DNA from: the human T2T-CHM13v2.0 reference genome, Homo sapiens
DNA: 64,000 nt
Direction: 5' to 3'
Assembly: GCA_009914755.4 (NCBI GenBank)
Contig: CP068257.2
Coordinates: 15,808,001 to 15,872,000, forward strand
The notes under the pieces were generated by a model, which had not been told where the DNA came from, did not search any database, and was given only the letters and a program-made list of their open reading frames with translations. How positions within the stretch are numbered: the first letter of the stretch is position 1; every line of letters begins with the position of its first letter. A program made the position numbers and the translations under genes. Below are positions 56,047 through 64,000 of this stretch, piece by piece.

Positions 56047-56734
56047 GAGAGTTTCTTAATTCACATGTCTTCATATTCCAAGCTGAGAAGAGATGAAAAT
56101 CCTTTAATTCTTAAGTATAAATTAACCTTTGAATATGATTGTAGGATTTTAATAATCTATGGGTGTGTTCATAGATCTATTAGTGCTGAGACATTTTTGT
56201 AAGGATGGATGCTTTATTAACCACAGTTATTTGTGTATCTGTAATTATAGCCTTGATGGAGCAAGGATCATCACCTTTAAGCTGGTTTAGAGGCTATATA
56301 ATGTGGAGTGCTTGGTGCATTACTAAGACAGGGCAATTCACTTAATGGCTGTGCACTATTTCTTAGCTTGGTTTGAAGACAAAAAAGAATAATTTATATG
56401 TTCCAGAATAAATGAGATTATCTTATTATAGCTTCCAGAAGACATAATTTCCAAGCTGACAACAGCCACAAATGCATTTTAAGGTGTCTTTAATATATTT
56501 CACATAACTGCATAATTTTAGCTACTGTTTATGAAATAATTTAGTCACAAACCAAAGTCTAAAAATGACTTCATGTAACTTTTTAAAGAACAATACTTCC
56601 CCAAATAAGATCGACTGCTTCTTTCAAGATTATTTAAATCTTAGAATGGTACATTTTAAAAAAATCTGTGTTCAGTAATCTAAAGCAGCAGAAAAAAATT
56701 GATGTAAAACTTACGTTTTAAAAAACGCATTCTG

Positions 56735-57028
56735 GGCTGGGCACAGTGGCTCACGGCTGTAATCCCAGCACTTTGGGAGGCCAAGGTGGGCGATCACCTG
56801 AGGTCAGGAGATCTAGACCATCCTGGCTAACATGATGAAACCCTGTCTCTACTAAAAATACAAAAATTAGCCGGGTGTGGTGGAGTGCACCTGTAGTCCC
56901 TGCTACTCAGGAGGCTGAGGCAGGAGAATCGCTTGAATCCAGGAGGCCAAGGTTGCAGTGGGCGAGATCACGCCACTGCACTCCAGCCTGGGCGACAGAG
57001 CGAGATCCTGTCCCCCTCTCCCAAAAAA
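56735..57028 (+). mobile_element. Alu SINE; TSD gca(c)attctg
   Basis: From ggctgggcacagtggctcacggctgtaatcccagcactttgggaggcc to gcgagatcctgtccccctctcccaaaaaag. Confidence 0.85.
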
Positions 57029-57329
57029 GCACATTCTGAAAAGATATATTTAAGGTGCAATGATTTGTTGTTGCACAGATACTTAAATTTTATTAACATA
57101 TTGCCATAGAAAATAAGCATTCAATTCAACTTGAGAAATACTTGAGAACCTAGTATGTGCTTTCAGAAGTGACGAAGACAAAAAAAAAATGTGCTTTTTC
57201 AGCCTTCTAGAAGTATTTAGAACAAGAAAAGTGATTAATAGGTATGCAAATGCCTAACACAGAAGGAGGCAAAAGCTAAGAATTAGAAGAAAAAGTACCA
57301 GGAAAGGGATTAAGATAAAAATCCTTTTG

Positions 57330-57530
57330 GGTAGTTGTTGTTCCTCTTCCTCCTCCTCCTCCTTCCTCCTCCCTTCGTCCTCCCGGTCCTCCTCCCTCCT
57401 CCTCCTAAATCCTTTCGGGTAATTCCTCCCCCCCCCCTCCTCCTCCTAAATCCTTTTGGGTAATTCTTCCTCCTCCTCCTCCTCCTTTTCTTCTTCTTTC
57501 TGCTTCCTTCTCCTTCTTGGATCAAGGCTC
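57330..57530. repeat. (CCT)n / (CCTCCT)n simple repeat containing a ~40-bp tandem duplication (ctcctcctaaatccttt(c/t)gggtaattc)
   Basis: Read directly. The minus-strand ORF 57310..57537 is just its poly-R/G translation. Confidence 0.85.
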
Positions 57531-57649
57531 TCTGCAACCTCTGCCTCCTGGGCTCACTTTATTAGCTCCACTTACTGAGATCCTGCTTACCGGGTTCCTG
57601 CACATAGTAAGTGGAAGATAACAAAACTAATATTGGATAATATTTGTCC

Positions 57650-57816
57650 TCCTACCTCAGCCTCCGGAGTAGCTGGGACTACAGGCACTGCGCGCCATCA
57701 CATCCGGCTCATTTTTTATTTTTAGTAGATATGGGGGGTCTTGCCATGTTGCCCAGGCTGGTCTCGAACGCCTGGGCTCAGGCGATCGTCCACCTCTGCC
57801 TCCCAACATGCTGGGA
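57650..57816 (-). mobile_element. Alu fragment (Alu positions ~25-190), fused head-to-head to the next Alu
   Basis: cctcagcctccggagtagctgggactacaggc...ttttagtagatatggggggtcttgccatgttgcccaggctggtctcgaacgcctgggctcaggcgatcgtccacctctgcctcccaacatgctggga. Confidence 0.8.
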
Positions 57817-58012
57817 GTTCGAGACCAGCCTGGCCCATATGGTGAAACCCCGTCTCTACTAAAAATACAAAAATTAGCCGGGCGTGGTGGCGCGCGCCTG
57901 TAGTCCCAGGTACTCGGGAAGCTGAAGCAGAAGAATCGCTTGAACCTTGGAGGCGGAGGTTGCAGTGAGCCGAGATGGGGTCACTGAACTCCAGCCTGGG
58001 CGACAGAGCGAG
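57817..58012 (+). mobile_element. Alu fragment (Alu position ~60 to the end of the right arm, no A-tail)
   Basis: From gttcgagaccagcctggcccatatggtgaaaccccgtctctactaaaaatacaaaaattagccgggcgtggtggcgcgcgcctgtagtcccaggtactcgggaagctgaag to ctgggcgacagagcgag. Confidence 0.8.
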
Positions 58013-58399
58013 TATAGAAAAGTTCTCGTAGAACACTGTTAAACAGATGAACAACTTCAATACTTGCTCTTCTCTGCTTGATTTCATTTAGTGTGGTGAG
58101 TAAAAATTTAAATTCCAAATATTATTTACACGCAATTATATCCAGTAGAATTCCTGTTTGCTCAAATGGGAAGTCCCTAGCCGTTACTCATGTTGTCTTA
58201 CGTCTGTATTGAACTCTTATTAGTTTGTAAAAGCTTTGGCAGAACTTTACAATCAGATGGTATGATTTTGCAAAGCCACTTCCTCTTACTACCACTGGTC
58301 ATCTGTCATTTATTGGGCTGCCGTAAAGCAGGATTCCCCTTAAATCAAATTAAATTGGAATCACTTGAGTAAGGCTCAGGTACTAGTATATATATACTA

Positions 58400-58420
58400 G
58401 ATAGATAGATAGATAGATAT
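58400..58420. repeat. (TAGA)n microsatellite
   Basis: tagatagatagatagatagatat. Confidence 0.85.
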
Positions 58421-58715
58421 ATTTTTTTTTTTTTGAGACGGAGTCTCGCTGTGTCGCCCAGGCTGGAGTGCAGTGGCGCAATCTCGGCTCACTGCAAGCT
58501 CCCCCTCCCGGGGTTCACGCCATTCTCCTGCCTCAGCCTCCCGAGTCGCTGGGACTACAGGCGCCTGCAACCACGCCTGGCTAATTTTTTGTATTTTTAG
58601 TAGAGACAGGGTTTCACCGTGTTAGCCAGGATGGTCTCGATCTCCTGACCTCATGATCCGCCCGCCTGGGCCCCCAAAGTGCTGGGATTACAGGCGTGAG
58701 TCACCGCGCCCAGCC
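58421..58715 (-). mobile_element. Alu SINE (AluY, young)
   Basis: Near-consensus: a poly-T then gagacggagtctcgctgtgtcgcccaggctggagtgcagtggcgcaatctcggctcactgcaagctccccctcccggggttcacgccattctcc ... gtgagtcaccgcgcccagcc. Confidence 0.9.
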
Positions 58716-58887
58716 AGGCACTAGTATTTTTAAAACATTCTCCAAGTAATTTTCATGTGCAGCCAGAATTGCAACTCACCAGGCTAAACTGCAGTTGCGC
58801 AATTCTGGTCTTCTTGATACCTGATTTCTTTGCCCCTTCTCTTTTCTGGTTCAATGCATAATAAGAATTTTCCAATATTAGTTTTAT

Positions 58888-59024
58888 TAGCTTCCACTTA
58901 CTGAATTCTGCTTACGGGGGTTCCTGCTTAGTCTAGATAGTAAGCAGGAACTTACAAACTATGTAAGCTTATAGACTACATAAGCAGGAACCCTGTAAGC
59001 AAGAACTCAGTAAGTGGAAGCTAA
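58888..59024. repeat. 137-bp near-palindrome with perfect 17-bp terminal inverted repeats (ttagcttccacttactg / cagtaagtggaagctaa) and ~40-bp imperfect arms
   Basis: The left arm ttagcttccacttactgaattctgcttacgggggttcctgctta and the right arm taagcaggaaccctgtaagcaagaactcagtaagtggaagctaa are reverse complements with about 5 mismatches. Confidence 0.7.
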
Positions 59025-59032
59025 TTAAAACT

Positions 59033-59170
59033 ACGTGCCAGGCAGGGTGCCAAGCATTTTTTGTGCATTATCTCATTTAACTTTCATAGCAACCCCGAAG
59101 TAGGTGCCATTTCTATGAAACCTGCCCAGTTACTGCCCCACTCCGCGGAATAAGCTCTTACCCACCGCTC
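59033..59170 (-). mobile_element. MIR SINE remnant
   Basis: gtgccaggcagggtgccaagcattttttgtgcattatctcatttaactttcatagcaaccccgaagtaggtgccatttctatgaaacc matches the reverse complement of the MIR 3' region (gtgccaggcactgtgctaagcgctttacatgtattaactcatttaatcctcacaacaaccctatgaggtaggtactatt...). Confidence 0.45.
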
Positions 59171-59559
59171 CTCTTCTTCAATTCATTTCTGTTATGGAAC
59201 TGTCGCGGCACTACAAAGTCTCTATGTAGTTATAAATAAACGTTATCTGGAAGAGCAGCCGACAACAACTTTCAAGATCTCCAATTCCCCGACCCCACAC
59301 TCCAACTGACGCCTTCAACCACAACTACTGAGCCCCACTTTCAAAGCTCACTCACTAATATTGGATAATAGTTGTCTGCCTACCTCAGCCTCCGGAGTAG
59401 CTGGGACTATAGCGTCTTACTAGCCAGCTTCAGGGCTAGAATAGCCTTTCTGTGCAAGTGGAAAAAACCTCAGGTATTTCCCAAATCGGTAGCTGCAGAG
59501 GGGCTCTATCCCTACCAGAGATGGAGAAAAGCCCTCTCGCGCTTTTTATGTCAGCCAGA

Positions 59560-60700
59560 GCGGCTCGTTAAGAGAGCGAAGGCCAGGGGCTGCACAGGTC
59601 GCATCCCGTGAGCATGAGGTCAGAGAACCTGCCCCTGGGGCAAACCGCGAGGGGTGGGACGGGTGGGTGCAGGCGGGGCGGAGGGTAGGAGCCGCCCTAG
59701 TGGCGGCCCCTGGGAGTGTCCCGTGCCTCGCCTTAAAGGAGGGCGCCAACGCAATTTCAGTATGTGGGAGACGGGCTGCCCCACCCCCGCGCGCAAAACC
59801 CTGGTTTAGCTTAAGGGATGGAGGCGGGGACCCCTGCGCAGGCTTGCGGCGTGGGAGGCGGCCGCCCGCGACCTACGACGCCGCGCGCCGGGAGGCTGAG
59901 AGTTCGGCGCCGGGAGGGTCCCGGGGACAGAAGAGCGCCTCGCCCGGTTGCCAAGGCAACCCCACGCGGCTGGAGAAGCCGGCGCTCGCAGCCCGGCCCG
60001 GGCCGCTGCCGGAAGTGACGCGAGTTCACCTGCCGAGCGGGGGCTGGGAGGAGGGGCGGAGGGTGCAGAGGTGCCGCCGCCGCCGCGAGCCAGTCGGGAG
60101 CGCGCGAGGCGCGGGGAGCCTGGGACCAGGAGCGAGAGCCGCCTACCTGCAGCCGCCGCCCACGGCACGGCAGCCACCATGGCGCTCCTGCTGTGCTTCG
60201 TGCTCCTGTGCGGAGTAGTGGGTGAGTAGGGGCCATGGGGTCCTCAGCACCCGCCCAGCCCGGGGGCGCTCGCTGCGCGCGGCCACCCAGGAACAATGGG
60301 GCGTGGGGGAGGGGGCGGGCGCGATTTGGGGGCGCTGCTGCAGGGGCGGCGGGGCGGGCAGAATTGCACAGGGGCGCTTTTGCTGGGCCGGGCGCTCCTG
60401 GAGCCGTCCCGTAGGGAGCCGCGCAGGGCGCGCGGAGTGCCCGGGGACGGAGCCCTCGGCGGGGGGTGGAGGCGGAGGGGCTCGGGCGCGGCGTGTCGGG
60501 TGCGCCTCGCAGCTCTCCCATAGCATTCTCTGCCCCGGTGCGGGCTTGCCTTTCTTTGCTCTCGCCGTCTCCCTTGTCAGCCTTCGTGTCGGTTCTCTCC
60601 AGCGTTACCCGATTTCAAAAACCTTGGGCGGCGAGTTTTCAGGTGTCGAGTCGCCCAGGCGGGGAGGCTGAATTGCAAACGCCATTATTCAATGGACATG
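59560..60700 (+). promoter_or_regulatory. CXADR: CpG island / TATA-less promoter spanning 5' flank, 5'UTR, exon 1 and start of intron 1 of CXADR. Contains GC boxes (GGGGCGG at ~59675-59681 and ~60053-60059), an ETS-type CCGGAAGTG motif at ~60009-60017 and an adjacent TGACG half-CRE.
   Basis: Very high G+C and CpG density, unlike the rest of the window. Sp1-type GC boxes and the ETS core are read directly. No TATA box upstream of the ATG. Confidence 0.7.
60179..60221 (+). CDS. CXADR: Coding part of first exon of the coxsackievirus and adenovirus receptor gene: ATG in Kozak context gccaccATGG, encodes MALLLCFVLLCGVV plus the first nt (G) of the next codon, then splice donor GTGAGT at 60222; phase-1 intron follows
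   Basis: Peptide MALLLCFVLLCGVV matches the remembered N-terminus of human CXADR (MALLLCFVLLCGVVDFARS...). It sits in a CpG island with strong Kozak and consensus GT donor. The reading frame closes with a stop 6 nt into the intron, as expected for an exon end. Confidence 0.8.
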
Positions 60701-61636
60701 GAGCTGCCCGGTGCCTCGGATCGGCCAGGCTACCTCTAGGAAAGAGGCGCTGAGCGAACGCCAGCCTGGACGGTGTTAGTCTCCTGGAAGCAGCTCGCCC
60801 AGGCAGGAGCTGCTAACCAGACGCGCATTGTGAAGGAGACCGTGGAAAATCAAAAGTGGGTTCCTGCAAAAATGTAGCATTGGTTTCTGCAGTCCTTGGG
60901 CGAAGTGCAAAGGAGAATTCAGTGACCTCGTTTTTGAGTTTGTAATGAGTCGTTCATTTTGGAGATAAGACGGGCTGAGTTGTACAGGGTAATTGCTAGA
61001 GGATTTGCCAAGTGCGTTTGTCGACTGCTCCTTTCTCTGGGAGGGGAAAAAAGGCATGTGAAAAATGCGTGGACCATTAGGAGGCGTAATCATTTTGACA
61101 CTTTAAAAAACGGATTTTCCATGTCGGTGTTTTAACCAACTGATCTTGTTTGTCAAACTAAGCACTTGCTGCGTTTTATAACCAAATAATTCATTTTTAA
61201 AAATCCGTAGGTGGGATCCTAGGAGGCGCACTTAGTATAGCCTCTGGAAGGGTAATTTTTTGTTGTTAGGTGCTCTGAAGCAGGATCTAGTGGCCCTTTC
61301 TGTTGGGATGGCTCTCTGCTTCCTGTTGAAATGTTAATTCCATTGTTGGATGCCACAGCTGTGAGCATTACTCATGGGATCAACATTCTATTAGCAAGTC
61401 TAATCTTCGATCTGAGCCTATAGCACTACCTCCACCTTTTTGATATATATCATTTAGACTTGGCGGGCTGAAATGTCCAAAGTAAGCCTTCCGGAGAAGA
61501 TGAAGGGTCATAGAACCAGTTTACAGGTACATTCCCACCTTTCTTTCTTTTTTTTCTTTTTTTTGTCTAGGCCGAACCTGAAGATGAAGTTGAGAACACA
61601 GTGTGTTCTCTGGGAAAAAAAAAAAAATAGTTTTAG

Positions 61637-62008
<372 letters not shown>

Positions 62009-62202
62009 TAATTGGATTTAATTTTTTTTTTTTGGAATGCCTCACTTTGATAGGCACAATTCTAAGAAATAATATTTTGATGCAGAGAGTCATTGTGCTC
62101 ATAAGGTATACACGGGTACAGTGAACATCTACTCGAAGGGCCAGTGTCTCAGCTAAACAAGGCAACTATCTTTATTCCAGTTTTTCAGTTTAAGAAACAG
62201 CT

Positions 62203-62510
62203 GAGGCCAGGCACGGTGCTTGTAATCCCAGCAATTTGGGAGGTTGAGACGGGAGGGTCATTTGAGTGTAGGAGTTTGAGACCAGCCTGGGCAACATGGC
62301 GAGACCGCATTTCTACAAAAAATACAACAAAATAAAACCCAAAAAGAACTAGCTAGGTGCAGTGATGCTTGTCATAGTCCCAGCTACGCGGGAGGCTGAG
62401 ATGGGAGGATTGCCGGAGCCTGGGAGGTCTAAGCTCATGAGGTCTAAGATCATGACGCTGCTCTCGAGCCTGGGCGACAGAGTGAGACTCTGTCTCAAAA
62501 AAAAAAAGAA
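62203..62510 (+). mobile_element. Alu SINE (AluJ-like, old)
   Basis: From gaggccaggcacggtgcttgtaatcccagcaatttgggaggttgagacggg to gagtgagactctgtctcaaaaaaaaaaag. Confidence 0.8.
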
Positions 62511-62578
62511 GACATACTAATTGATGAATGGCTTTATTTCTTCAGATATTTCTGACCATTTAGAAATGCATTGGTATG

Positions 62579-62892
<314 letters not shown>

Positions 62893-63074
62893 TCAAGTTC
62901 ACTGTTAACATGATTGACTCCTACTTTAGCAAAACAAGGGAAAGACTCATTCAGATTATACCGTCAGTGATAGATATTCCTCCAGCTCTGAAACAGTTTT
63001 GTGGTATACTCTGGCTGCAGATGGGACTCCTTTCGATGCATTTTTATTGGCTGCCTACTAGTGAGTCATACTAC

Positions 63075-63125
63075 TAGTAATCAGTAGTAGCAGCAGTAGT
63101 AAGCAGTGGCAGTAGCAGTAGTAGT
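63075..63125. repeat. (AGT/AGC)n trinucleotide low-complexity tract
   Basis: agtagtagcagcagtagtaagcagtggcagtagcagtagtagt. Confidence 0.8.
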
Positions 63126-64000
63126 AAAATTAAACCCTTGATCAGTTATGAAATGCCAGATACTGTTCTAAGGGCTTTACATACCTATATATTCAATCCA
63201 CCAAGCAACCCGAGAGGGTATTTATTATACTTATCCCTGTTGTACAAATAGAGAAACAGAGGCACAGAGTCGTTATATAATTAACTTGTGAAGATCACAG
63301 ATTTGCTCTTGAATCTGTGTTCTCATCACACTATGCTCTTCTGTCCCTACAGCAGCCACTTTCTCTTACTACCACTGGTCATCTGTCATTTATTAAGAAC
63401 CTACTGTTGGTTTGACTGTGTGTCAAATACTGAAGGCTTTTATTATTAGCTCTTTAATGTCATAGTCTTAATTGAATACTTTGAGGCATTGTGAGGACAC
63501 TAGTTTCTCCAGTGCTTGGGTTGACATTGTAAACTAATGTGGCCTAGGGACCTGCAGCGTCAGCATTACTTAGGGATCTTGTTAAAGTTTGGGGTGGTGT
63601 TCTTCAATTGCCAACATGAATGGAACTAAAAAAGTCTGGTCTCCCAACCTCTTGTTAGCTATTTGATGGTGGCCAAGCCTCACTGTGTGTCTGTTGCCTT
63701 ACGTGTCAAGAATGGGGATCCTGGAGCAGGTAATGGGGGTTGAAGGTGGAAGGGTTGGGTAGATGTTGGTCAAGGGATACAAAATTAAATCCATTATCCA
63801 ACATGGTGACTATAGTTAATAACAATGTATTATATTTTTGAAAATTGCTATGAGTGGATTTTAAGTTCTCACCACAAAAAGTATGTGAGGTAATGCATAT
63901 GTTAATTCCCTGGATTTAACCATTTCACAAGGCACACATATTTCAAAATAATGTGTTATATGTAGATAAACATACACAATTTTTGTCAATGAAAAATAGA

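Noticed and set aside
57310-57540. Possible SVA element 5' end ((CCCTCT)n-like hexamer followed by Alu-like sequence)
   Set aside because: The repeat unit is CCT/CCTCCT, not CCCTCT. What follows is a MIR/Alu-derived duplicated block and an inverted Alu fusion, with no VNTR or SINE-R region and no poly(A) or TSD.
59667-60753. Cluster of overlapping 90-236 aa ORFs on both strands in the GC-rich region (e.g. 59811..60521 minus, 60222..60671 plus)
   Set aside because: Stop codons are rare in >75% GC sequence, so long ORFs appear in all frames at once. The peptides are low-complexity (Ala/Arg/Gly/Pro-rich) with no coherent frame. The only supported coding segment is the short CXADR exon at 60179-60221.

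Overview
This window is primate (human-type) nuclear genomic DNA, not a prokaryotic locus, so I called no operons, CRISPR arrays or defence systems. Roughly a third of the sequence is Alu SINEs (about 75 copies or fragments, both orientations, several nested). There are also two 5'-truncated L1 3' ends, three solo MaLR (THE1/MST-type) LTRs, a MER5-type MITE, MIR remnants and many microsatellites. Two features appear genuinely functional. (1) A canonical 71-nt tRNA-Gly(GCC) gene lies on the minus strand at 1887-1957, with A and B boxes and a downstream T4 terminator. (2) Near the 3' end, a TATA-less CpG-island promoter runs from about 59560 to 60700. Its first coding exon begins with a Kozak ATG at 60179 and encodes MALLLCFVLLCGVV plus one base of the next codon, ending at a GTGAGT splice donor at 60222. 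This matches the signal peptide of CXADR, the coxsackievirus/adenovirus receptor, so the window most likely covers about 60 kb upstream of CXADR plus the start of its intron 1. Every long ORF in the six-frame track is translated Alu, L1 ORF2 remnant, simple repeat or GC-rich CpG-island noise. I found no novel biological system. The most unusual structures are two near-palindromic inverted Alu pairs, a TSD-flanked chimeric retro-insertion, and a duplicated palindrome-containing segment just upstream of the CXADR promoter. All coordinates are approximate (about +/-10 bp) and read by eye. Repeat subfamily names are my recognition of consensus motifs, not database hits.
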